Below the pieces are notes generated by a model, which was given only the letters and a program-made list of their open reading frames with translations, was not told where the DNA came from and did not search any database. Below, one piece after another: positions 55,601 through 60,780 of a stretch of DNA of 64,000 nt (the stretch's first letter is position 1; each line of letters starts with the position of its first letter). Origin of the DNA: a virus; IMG/VR virus record IMGVR_UViG_3300046535_000406, positions 1 through 64,000 of that record. One strand, written 5' to 3'. Made by a program: the position numbers and the translations under genes.

Positions 55601-58600
55601 ATCCGCCAGCGCAGGTTGCGCGGCAACTGGACCTGATAGGTGGCCTCGCCTGCGCTGAGCCGGAAGCCCTTGGGCACGTGCATTCGCTGGACCACCCCGC
55701 CGGGGATCGCGAAGTTGTACGCCTTGTTGCCGCTGCTCGTGGCGAACGGGATGGCCTTGTCCACGTAGCTGTCGCCGACCTTGCCCAGCGCGCCCGCCTT
55801 CAGGCTCTGGCCTCGGTACAGGATGCCCGGGGCCGTCGTCTCGGCTTGGGTGGACAGGCGGTCGTAGTAGTCGAGCAGGTCCTTGCCCTTGACCATGGTT
55901 CCATCGACCGACTGGTCGGCGACGTGCTCCCCTGCGCGAAGGGACTTGTTGATGGCGCCCGTGTCCACCGCGTTCCACTCGGCGGCGTCCGCGATGGGCT
56001 TCAGGTTCGGTTCCAGCCACCACTCGTCCTTCGGGTTCAGCAGCTGGGTGACGATGCCAGCCGAGCCCTCCGGCGCAAACTCGGCGGCGGTGGGCGCTGG
56101 CGGCAGTGGCACTTCTGGCTTGGACCACTGCGGCGTGAGCTTCTTGTCCCAGAGCGTCGCCGCAGCCGGTAGCACCTCGGTGGGCGCCTCGAACGTGCTG
56201 CCCTTGATGAGCCACACCTGCCAGTCGGTGGGCACGACGGACACGTCCTTCTTCCACAGCGTCGCCATGTTCCGGATCAGCTTGGTGGCGCCTTCGCGCT
56301 CAGCCTCGGGCAGAGCGAGCACGGCGTCGCGCACCGCCTGCGGCGTGTTGTTCTTGAAGAAGCCGGTGTCCTTGGGCTTCATCACGTCCGTCAGGTTCAC
56401 GCTCGGCAGGTCCTGCGGAGAGAAGCCCAGCAGCGGATCGGCTGGCTTGGCCGGGTAGAACTTGTCGAAGATCGCGGCCAGCTGCTTCGTCTCGGGCTGG
56501 TTCATCCCCTCGATGGCGCCCGCGAACGTCTCGGCCCATAGCTCGTGCTGGTTCGAGCGGGCGTACTTCGAGATGTGCGTCGTCTTCAGGGCAGGCCAGA
56601 GGGTTGACTTCAGCCACGGCTCCAACTCCTGCCGCACCGGCGCGTAGCGATCCGCGCCCAGCCGCGAGTGGAGGTTCATGCCCAGCCATTCGTGGCCCAT
56701 CTCGTGGGTCACCACGTCGGAGGCCCACTCGTCGGCGTTGGTCGCGATCTGGCCGCCGACGCTGAACGGGACGTTGGCCTTGTCCCGCAGGAACGCCTTC
56801 TGCAAGGCCGTCGAGTCGGTGAACATGGCGCGGTTCAGGAACACCTTGGAGCCGGGCACGTTGGGGTCGATGCGGGCCACTTCGGCGATCGTGCCCTTGC
56901 CCGGCGCGTAGGTGCGCAGCGCGACGCCACGGAAGCTGGGGATCGTGCCGAAGCGGCTGAACAGCATGTCCATGCGCTTCGCCAGCACCTTGCCGGTGTC
57001 AAACGGCACTTCGAGCAGGCCGCTCCAATCCGTGCCCGGGTAGCGGGCCTCCATGCGCGCCACAAGCTCGGACACGTTGGTGACCTCGGACACGGTCGCG
57101 CCCAGATCAGCCGGTGGCGTGTACGGGAAGGTGCCGCCGTCATCGAGCCACGCCTTCCACGCTGCGCTCGGGTGGTCGGCGATGGTGGTGCGATCTGCGA
57201 ACAGGTCCTCGACCGATTGACGCAGGTTGTGCTTGCGGCTCAGCAGGTCGGCCTTGGCGGCGTCCGTGGTGAGCGCGTCACCGACGGCGTTCAGCAACTG
57301 CTGGTCGGTGACGCCATCGAAGCGATCGAGCGTGGTCGCCACGTCCTGTGGGGTGAGGCGCAGCAGCAGGTCCGGGGAGTGGTCGATCCTGCCGAACATC
57401 GACGCATCAGCCCGCTCATAGAAGTCCGTCAGGGATGGCGTCAGGCCGGAGCCCAGCCGGTCGAAGCCGTAGCCCTTGTCGATCGCCCACACGCGCCCGG
57501 AGTCGTAGAGGTAGTTCCCGCCGTGGCCGTCGGCGTTGTGGATCAGGTAGTCAACGAGCCCGTGGCCGAACAGCTGCCGTTCCTCGTCGTGGCCCAGCAC
57601 CCGGGCCAGCGTGGCGGCGTCGGGCGCTCGGACCCAGTAGCTCTGGGCGGTGCGAGGCACGAGTGCCTGCCACGCATACCACGGGTTGTCGCCGGTGCCG
57701 AACGCGATCCGCGCAACCGGCGGAGCATCGAGGCCAAACAGGGTGGTGACGCGGGAGCCTGCGACTTCCTCCGAGACGCCGTAGGGCTTCAGCAGGAACT
57801 CCTGCCCGGTCGGGTCCTTCAGCAGGACACGCGGCGTGGTGCCCTTGCCCAGCTTGTCCGCGCTGCCCCACTTCCAGCCGGGCAGCAGGCCGCCGGTGCC
57901 CCACTTGCTCGGGTCAACGAGCACCTGCTCGGTCGGGAAGGCGCCGAACTTGGTGACCGGGAACGTAATCTCGGGCGTGTGCCACACACCCCCTTCGCGC
58001 ATCAGCGACCACGCCTCGGTGTCACCGGCCAGCGTGCCGGGAATGTAGTCGGGCCGGGTCATGGCGGTGAACGCCTCGGCCCAGAACTCCTCGTCCGAGG
58101 TGTCGGCGTAGGACTTCAGCTTCAGCAGGTTGTCGCCCCGGAAGTCAGCCTTGAACGTGTTCCAGCGATCAGCGCCCAGTCGCTGAGAGAGGCGGTTCGA
58201 CACGAGGTGGCCGTACTCGTGAGCCCATGCGTCGCCGAAGGTGTTCGAGACGGTGATCTTCCCGGCCAGCCCCATCTCGGGTTCGAGGTTGATGCGCCCG
58301 TCGCTGAAGGCTCGGCCCGCGTAGCCCACGCCGTCGCTTGACTCGATCACGGACAGCGCGCTGTTCAGGGAGCGGTCGATGCCCAGCTGGTCGAATAGCT
58401 CGGCCTTGGCTCGCAGCATGTCCCACTGGGCAGACGAGAACGCCTCGCCCGCGAGGTTCTTCATGCCCGGGAACAGGGCCATGGCGTCGGCCATGGGGTG
58501 CTCCGGCGACGGCTCGAAGGCGGTCTGGACGATGGCGTTGGCGTTGCTGACGTGCGGCTCCGCCGCAAGGGCGCGGAAGCTGGGCATCTCCGGCATCTCG

Positions 58601-60780
58601 CGCATCCACGTCAACTGCGGCCCGGGCAGGATCGGGTGCTCGGTGAAGATCGAGGCTCCGGCGGCGATCGTGTCGGGGATGCGCTGTGCCAGCGGTAGCT
58701 CGGCGGACACCGCGCCCAGCCCGTTCAGGAAGTCGGCCAGCCCCTGATTGACCAGCCGGTTGTCGAACTGAAGGCTGAGCCCGCGCTCTGCTGCGCTCTG
58801 AGCGGCCCAGCGGATGGCCGCCACGGTCATTTCCGGCTCGAAGGTGTGTGAAGACGCACCCGTCATCGCGCCGGTGATGAAGCGCAGGTTCTTGGCGTCC
58901 TCCTGATAGACGGCGGAGTAGGTGTTGTCGCCCAGCGCGAACTTCTGGACCAGCACCGGACCGACGCCCGGCTCGCGTATCCCATCCCGAATGTACGGAG
59001 CGTGCAGATCGGGCGGGTGCTTCAGCCACGCAAGCTCCTCGGGCAGGGCCAGCGCCGGGGCGTCAACGACGATCTGGGAGGCCACGTCGGTGTCCCACGT
59101 GAAGGCGTTCTGGTCGGCCACCGGCTGCTGCGACGGACCGTAGTCAGGCAGGTCGCCCAGCAGCGACGCCACCGGGATGGGCGTGCCGCAGGCGTCGGCC
59201 TCCTTGATCCACACGAGGTTGATCGGTCCCTCGGTGACCATGGACTCGGCGAAGTCGGAGATGCCTGCCAGCGGGTCGCCGCAGACGGTGTCGGGCACGT
59301 CGTACTCGAAGCGGCACTTGCAGTTGAGTCCGCACTGGGTGTGGCCGGAGCCCGGGAACAGGCCCATGCTCATCAGCGCGTCGTAGCTGTACGGGCTCAT
59401 GTCCGATAGCTCGATGCAGTCGTCGCAGTGGTCCGCGTCGCCCAGCGTCCACCAGACTTGGATGATCTGGCCCATGGGCGTCGGCGAGAACACGTGATCC
59501 TGACCGATGGCCGACTGCACGTTCGCCACGTCGGCAACCGTCTGGGCCGTGGGTGTGGCGCCCGTCACGGGCGCGATGTTGTCGCCCACTCGGAAGGCTG
59601 CGCGCTCGCCCGCCTGCGCGAGGGAGTGGAAGTCGTTCAGGGCACCGCCGACCAGCAGCGCCCGGAGCCACTTCACCGTGTCCGGCTGTGCGAGGTTCCA
59701 CGGGTTCAGGACGTTCTTCACGATCCAGTTCAGCAGGCCGCCCTTGGCGTGGAGCGCGGCATCTGCCGCCACCATGCTGTCGGTGATGTCGCCTTGGTTG
59801 TCGGCGCTCAGCTGGTTCGCGTTGCGAGCACCAGCGGCCCTGCGCGCTGCCCGCATGGCACGGAGAGCTTGGGCGTGCAGGATGGCGTTGACTCGGGCAG
59901 CGGCCTCCTGCGGCGTGATCCTCCCGGATTGGAGCAGCCGGGTGACCACGGCCAGCTGGTTGCGCACGGCGGCCTGAGCACTGGCGCTGATCTTGGCGAT
60001 GGCGGCCAGCAGCTTCCTGACTTGGGCCTGCTGCACCAGCGTCTGGTTGGCCTGTGCCAGCTTCGCTCGCTCAGCCGCGATGCGATCGAGGATGACCGGG
60101 ATTGACGTGTTCTCGGAGTCGGCCACCGCCCGAGCGAAGCCCTTGCGCATCACGTCGTCCATGCGCACGGCGACCGACTGCAACAGCAGGGCCTCCATGG
60201 CCGGGGCGTCCTTGGCCTGCTTGGGGTCCTTGCCGTTGGTGGTGGTGATCAGGCGCCCGATCAGGTCGCCCACGGAGCCGACCGGGATGACCGTCTCGGC
60301 GGGTGCCAGCCCGGCGGCCATGAGCGTGCGCTGAATGTCCTGCTGGTCCTGCGTCGAGAGCCGTGACAGGTTGCCCAGCGATCGCTTGCCGACGGTGTAG
60401 GCGTTGCTCGCCTGACGCAGGTAGGCCGCGCTGAGCGCCGCCGTGAACTGGGTGCTGGTCAGCGTGCCAGCCTGAAACTGCTCGATCAGCAGCAGCGCCG
60501 ACTCCACGAACTGGCGCACTGCCCGGGACAGGCGCTCATCGGCGCCGGGGTTGCGCTGGGCCGGTCCCCAGCCGATCACCGGCAGCCCTGCGCTCAGCGC
60601 GTAGGCGATCGCCTGAAGGTGGTTGATGTCCCGGTCCGAGGCGACGATGCCCGTCGCGTCCTCTTGGATGGCAACGTCGTACTGGGGGTCGTACCAGAGA
60701 GGATCACTGGCGCTTCGCAGCGCCTCGGTGATCTGTTCCAGCAGCGCCTCGGTGAGGTCCCGGTCAGTCTCCGCGACCAT
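40669..60780 (-). CDS. giant MuF (SPP1 gp7-like) polyvalent head protein, ~6703 aa
   Basis: Follows the portal; MuF-like Cys cluster HCDDC...PG.G.TQCGLNCKC (~59290-59460); HEYGH and HEMGH peptidases; two kinase-like domains; ART-like domain; Nudix box; ~40 SH3/KOW-like repeats; C-terminal ART-like domain; ATG 60780 overlaps the portal end. Confidence 0.9.
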   Translation of the reverse strand: MVAETDRDLTEALLEQITEALRSASDPLWYDPQYDVAIQEDATGIVASDRDINHLQAIAYALSAGLPVIGWGPAQRNPGADERLSRAVRQFVESALLLIEQFQAGTLTSTQFTAALSAAYLRQASNAYTVGKRSLGNLSRLSTQDQQDIQRTLMAAGLAPAETVIPVGSVGDLIGRLITTTNGKDPKQAKDAPAMEALLLQSVAVRMDDVMRKGFARAVADSENTSIPVILDRIAAERAKLAQANQTLVQQAQVRKLLAAIAKISASAQAAVRNQLAVVTRLLQSGRITPQEAAARVNAILHAQALRAMRAARRAAGARNANQLSADNQGDITDSMVAADAALHAKGGLLNWIVKNVLNPWNLAQPDTVKWLRALLVGGALNDFHSLAQAGERAAFRVGDNIAPVTGATPTAQTVADVANVQSAIGQDHVFSPTPMGQIIQVWWTLGDADHCDDCIELSDMSPYSYDALMSMGLFPGSGHTQCGLNCKCRFEYDVPDTVCGDPLAGISDFAESMVTEGPINLVWIKEADACGTPIPVASLLGDLPDYGPSQQPVADQNAFTWDTDVASQIVVDAPALALPEELAWLKHPPDLHAPYIRDGIREPGVGPVLVQKFALGDNTYSAVYQEDAKNLRFITGAMTGASSHTFEPEMTVAAIRWAAQSAAERGLSLQFDNRLVNQGLADFLNGLGAVSAELPLAQRIPDTIAAGASIFTEHPILPGPQLTWMREMPEMPSFRALAAEPHVSNANAIVQTAFEPSPEHPMADAMALFPGMKNLAGEAFSSAQWDMLRAKAELFDQLGIDRSLNSALSVIESSDGVGYAGRAFSDGRINLEPEMGLAGKITVSNTFGDAWAHEYGHLVSNRLSQRLGADRWNTFKADFRGDNLLKLKSYADTSDEEFWAEAFTAMTRPDYIPGTLAGDTEAWSLMREGGVWHTPEITFPVTKFGAFPTEQVLVDPSKWGTGGLLPGWKWGSADKLGKGTTPRVLLKDPTGQEFLLKPYGVSEEVAGSRVTTLFGLDAPPVARIAFGTGDNPWYAWQALVPRTAQSYWVRAPDAATLARVLGHDEERQLFGHGLVDYLIHNADGHGGNYLYDSGRVWAIDKGYGFDRLGSGLTPSLTDFYERADASMFGRIDHSPDLLLRLTPQDVATTLDRFDGVTDQQLLNAVGDALTTDAAKADLLSRKHNLRQSVEDLFADRTTIADHPSAAWKAWLDDGGTFPYTPPADLGATVSEVTNVSELVARMEARYPGTDWSGLLEVPFDTGKVLAKRMDMLFSRFGTIPSFRGVALRTYAPGKGTIAEVARIDPNVPGSKVFLNRAMFTDSTALQKAFLRDKANVPFSVGGQIATNADEWASDVVTHEMGHEWLGMNLHSRLGADRYAPVRQELEPWLKSTLWPALKTTHISKYARSNQHELWAETFAGAIEGMNQPETKQLAAIFDKFYPAKPADPLLGFSPQDLPSVNLTDVMKPKDTGFFKNNTPQAVRDAVLALPEAEREGATKLIRNMATLWKKDVSVVPTDWQVWLIKGSTFEAPTEVLPAAATLWDKKLTPQWSKPEVPLPPAPTAAEFAPEGSAGIVTQLLNPKDEWWLEPNLKPIADAAEWNAVDTGAINKSLRAGEHVADQSVDGTMVKGKDLLDYYDRLSTQAETTAPGILYRGQSLKAGALGKVGDSYVDKAIPFATSSGNKAYNFAIPGGVVQRMHVPKGFRLSAGEATYQVQLPRNLRWRIVRVTDGKELGLAENVSVVDLVPDTGVVPGYQYTGVPFKSFTAPPKPDTPFDGLTFKIDEKAPVLEPGTTVEPIPVEGIAPLNTPPVDWTGHVPEEPPLPEGAVADWQLKDMREAADKAWLRWEAVQSGEAKYAITWSQAESDAAKKAGLFEQKIGSQYYAAKSKADLDALDKAVKGGLDTNSDAFWKDTLGYSQKQLDTIDAYDVAKKGTHSLRAGVVLVEPDGRMWIISPRNRWAGYENTFAKGGVDLNETTAQAAVREAREEMGFSVELDKYLGDFTATDNGSITRYYVAHRTGGGPAWAKTIKETYSVRLGTPSEVRPVLLRYDKPDSRDTKVLDSYLEQAGLPPVAPPITEPPARLLGMSPDDVSGGSPFLHEQLGYDPQIAEASAGVWTPTSMPTGLMKVELPGGPDGTSSVFFRDDEAAKTRRWVLTAFKNDSGVLVAAADPAMAQLRANAMLAMVTNLPKGWDLSIEGSMGFGKADFALLGIPGEVPGFGKTLLIGNGDAVKVAKIMADPTALSADAPTLTLTPAVTDTLAAKLGPADPTIAVGQIVGTNTPTHFATHGVEAPADPFFETYGVAKPAWDTSLFVSEGKAPDEVLSSVHWKIGTTDQPINLFYPNAASSFVRMGVPEWKVTGIETRRAILLKEILRQADKGMEVEVTVSTTETAKLADLFTVLGSKSEGGSWRLDAPQLQLLRKATDQNVSITSLLPPPGITTAAMHPAAQAKSLDQTLGHVVTATPNKLSAQGTTGIGEKWGFDQHEAYNFVNGTGTGIPTPDGPDLKSHPQKQVWTTSKGGDVEFYWDTSPNGNLRLNQVITGENVSEPDVAAALVGQLQYFAGVMQNPALYGVNHLAVRIDDAVMNVLGDKTKQMLTAAGLKPSSVLGGWILSRPNTIGLVHSLLNDLTDVAAVASVAPAAFAIGDTVLHATYGIGTVIDAVAGGTFYVKFPSVTSYFLADQLKPIVKAITSLKPGDMVHTLDNKPALIASISADGQKALVKIGFGEQTFSIADLSLAHQWQIGDLVNYLGNEGSITKIEPDILFLKTTADGKLFATEPWNANLTFIGSQPAWEVGDTLVNGAGVKGAVTFVHADGFIDVHWATGTSPSIHVDPNATTLGVPLTKTGSLGAPTAPAAPSAAGFRVGDKVQSGGLSGTKGVIAAVFPDAGKVTVTWDSGITSTAFDPTHPNVMLKHVEPSATFKVGDHVANMWDATGTITNVADGKVGITWDISPGAGAGLLIDPTTVGLKHVPDVGVTQPPLKVGDTVIEQISGKGQMVTVQTIDPVGTLALVELPDGSTTWMAVSSLVKPGFSSPAWAVGTATPVAAVTTFVQGDVVKTAFGVGKVNKVLPGDVIEVTLPSGAYKSFTVGELSSVAPQVGDAVIHPTLGHATITKIDTGITPVQIQVKAVGSEAWAWANPDNVVKVGDKLQHGAIVQTIDANQVIAVTGGAKFTSPVSEVQKDLKLGKYPGLTPGTGAVTTAAEPWKVGDQALWQPPGFAHPEQVTIQAVSPSGLITVKGAAANAFPVAPTELARVPAATTEPFKVGDAVLVTKGAAFSGQVGSITHVGLLSSGETYYDVALPGAPYVSFKAEELAPAPGTAPGVMAPGGVPAGITVGAKVEIEGLTGTVTQIAPNGILTIAVDTGGSTTAYGIGDAKVVMVQHGPPLRIDGKVHISGTGVSSLDGQDGIISAIHPNGTYAVTKLDGATAQDVSAKNLHPFLTWNVGDTALLPSGTKVEIKSITGLDFYGATVQYADGHIDKWPVWALVKPAGAAPTPVVPTNPFKIGDHVTTPSGSSGVVSEITPPQGVSGGMIVMKLPDGTSLVTSPATLKMTRPPGAVGGLFQKLGVSKAEFDKGWQTQLATGESAYQVKPVGGAIGGLYASMKKNLQGDLVLYSIGGTTLGSDASYLAALSGIASFPLDPLKIAPKNLIVPTSFLNAMPTLSDLMKQAGAVESQYGWLTLTAAQATDLATKLSTDTQLITVGSLAAGGTKVAGSIDFAGWATEDIAQMAAAIGAIPDTLALGGGALSLSWKAGKFDIGGTLDYPPNATKPMRILNLTSPIAMQNTTFMVVTQYAGESLSYGQKLIYEDQALSVIDEHWKNMLLDHYNGSLDLSGSQTRIILPYEDAQQLAKDIKQASGIASPQALPVPPQTGVLTGATLAVPNPVTVGAYDPLTASLYTVQYEKSVSGHSLLSGANTTMKQTHYGTGAIDGGTAEWRRIGNRLELWQTTGDQLGVFAAQMRKFNDYMDATPSLTHLNLKGPILEPGPVRTWLEEAGWDPSQKLLKSDVDQIVSDLDSEVGAATNAVPVTLAFGSVPGYDPAVVDNFAMHWGVETNEKAAYLSGANTSVKHVVWGGGSSLDYRRLGNRVELLKLTAPSEHIADNVAFAFIQHAADLFDKTPSLYRLRIDSDAFLATSLSMRDTLKAYGGVLSKTNDMAFKPEDVQAIRDKLVADGQAPTIVTVAPPPVAPTFSTLGTIEGYDPQAIALASIPDIEQTIHPVHLAGTANKALKETIYGDGNQALKVQWRRIGQRIEVSSAEGDYTPTLLLAHMKRMAEAMETTPGIEYTVVRASIVGGMPLDLRNLFEVAYGTAATKGDIKMGRLDAEALLKDLKADEVKAKAAPGIAPTIQSAPKPVPATTVASSYAAGDHIVWGKGLNGFVTSVDHNGKLSVTSVSGTTFKLKPEDVTPYTATTPNVVFPGSKAGGYNLGDQVQWGKPSLGTPMQTGTVTQISQSGELTITTQSGAVVHKAATNPNLSKVAPAVSFAKGVIEPPPTTLAVGDKVKFVGSGPPTYEVMAVKPNGLIDVKDSDGNLWADMNGEHAVKVGVVPAFTPIPPEGLKVGDWALKPDGKYAKVMHTFDNGNVQLSIGNTFAPGDIVPAGSVTKVAEPTKQAAFSIGDQVVLPNGKVDVIASIDGVDEYHVAGAPGLPFFGKDMLLAKPAEPAGLKVGDIVDHMNGNSAYKGGTVVAINDVSKTANVKWPGFGGAQGLESPQVNLKLVGAPPPVLAKVGDEIVVKPGGGDATGDVATYGGQMGTVNYVSLNGQMMDVTMLDGSTGTFAQNEVIVSAKAGTLTPAAVPSPLTPKAGDTVSVNGKTGTVMGTHGIVNGEMTWGVEFPGEPVWGYFPTSQLSAAVGPKVGGKVTVKAIGGAFDGETGTITAISPDGLDIEVILNDEHATQVTFEPSELENANPAPFRIGEHVNYGGQNLTVTKLFPVTGNVQAMGVDGTPFVLVPESVNKGWITATTPAPKFAVGDKVLTNDYGIGTIAQVNSATVEVSFDPLTSPNAPSSKIYNPAKLTPKPQIKVGDSVLTYGGDEGVVNYLSPDGLTAHVTTMTANLTQETKDLTLVKVQPGFHQGDWVTVPTGQTGKIAYVTDDGTKANVTLGTAGVGSGTGTLTVKTELLKPAAAPKYAIGDKVTFTDAGNQPITATVTQLNQPSGMVIVTSDVTGYPLLKAESDLTPFVAPEPVPATFVVGDKVKWTPTGTSGVVTNVSDNAVTVKWEGSGTVSTAKGGPGSAYASIVKPVPSAGETYVPKPGDTVAQPLYGTGTVIEKTPYSPTAMVDFGANGKQLVGISTLTKVEPGTVATVKASTAPAGLKVGDQVTHPSFGTGTVTEVSSGSTVLVDWDTYPKSWTNVAFLTPTGVNVPKVVAPTLSKAALSAHKLAVGDWVLKQDGNYGKIVKVFKNGKAKVTIQSYGSGANIPMSQLSYVQTWPASEVAVGDTVVYYTGGKPYVVTEIPDTGYYLKALYSGNTTGNVQQLGKTSVTIVQKGVGNLETGDPVFASGFGLAEVVSVDSTVNPATVTVALEDGTTQTLVGQDIKPIPKLWKAGDIGQLPSGKVGTVTNVSTDTITLDVGGNPASAAIPDLKAPEPPANPLKTGDFVMTPKGQMGVVTNAASPSGLLVNVAPEGLPPVVETYNQLLLKQLPQPWKVGDYALLPNGVNAMITSISPVGDVTLSMKGSSVIQTATLDQLKASPYAPNPWKFGDKVITPQGNGTVTSTTMSTVSVKLEDGTPVTMVPGALKAAPIVPYVPNAKLITPNSPLYVPPVSAQSLSQVAQGPLIPASSRLDTLLGYDHSEMIATHHLGASEAALPGPQQIVPGTKLPQTIQTATYTVSGGNQVKTLYAVSTTGSLVSLVGAESLGATAKEVNDATWSELLDLAQKTAQRVDEDGNVMAASRLYVIDAVLDAHPGMKDLLLRAGGTDFRVRPAEGQGGGFFDALGPGVRLEGPQAETLANALLANTEDPLLQGQVLAAIPKPPQLVDLPKGVLANQPIKIMGGTPDNLWLAGGETIRANGLRAVSSWAGGKVEAEWLRTGPIMEWTNLTIASGTTEAEVTASTVRMLHSLLSNIAATPGTVLEVDQQVLSANPALRDLLLRYKGAEAATTSRAWIRVTADRANMMRQDIEAEMGASSAAGTVATPIVAPTIWPVPQDLKLLSAKGLGGQSPKAAFIDSQGNEWMFKIGASGRGARTDVAVNQLAGLLDLRTPPVKQYTLEINGKMTNGALQKLVPDIEHVKSPGELTPDQTTEFFQQSVLDWLTANDDAHIGNWMVSQSDGHLWGIDKTRSWVGMGGKFDTLDPANEGQGGEMGLLPMWSMFWRDARKNPALLANVDPKAIARTLGHLEAMSDQQFLQIIQPVLNDWKGLRQKSYDAFREAALLRKNQVRGDYQTFFASEVKAAMAGPKGADVPQSWRDWLLQDGGVFRLQLTYDEQHIDKMAEWDRDLLPSPTTDPLKEARRLLDPSSDVPGRPSKSSMQEALGYVHSYSGSGMSGEKTVEKMGSARTYGAGLIASKTDADAYAYASKINQWAVLHATFDPRYENSSVQWIKDIRNAYDPATGTWLWVRNVADTTDAQAYYERLSRLGYPSGRGGSLGLSAGFVQDAGVMITAKMNLENFYATSFVNPSWFQSTEGEREIIARDLQLPQIIRLSKYDGSMWNNEARKAGMDPWEYTKNYSGPVVQNSTSSGW
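43510..47655 (-). repeat. array 2 of ~24 SH3/KOW-like beta-barrel repeats
   Basis: Same consensus, e.g. LKVGDQVTHPSFGTGTVTEV. Confidence 0.85.
50100..52839 (-). repeat. array 1 of ~16 SH3/KOW-like beta-barrel repeats
   Basis: (F/W/L)x(V/I)GDxV...G.(V/I)...V units of ~50-60 aa, counted by eye. Confidence 0.85.

Noticed and set aside
40669-60780. Giant ORF as a product of stop-codon recoding or inteins
   Set aside because: It is open in the standard code, TGA/TAG/TAA all end neighbouring genes, and no intein or homing-endonuclease motifs were recognised.
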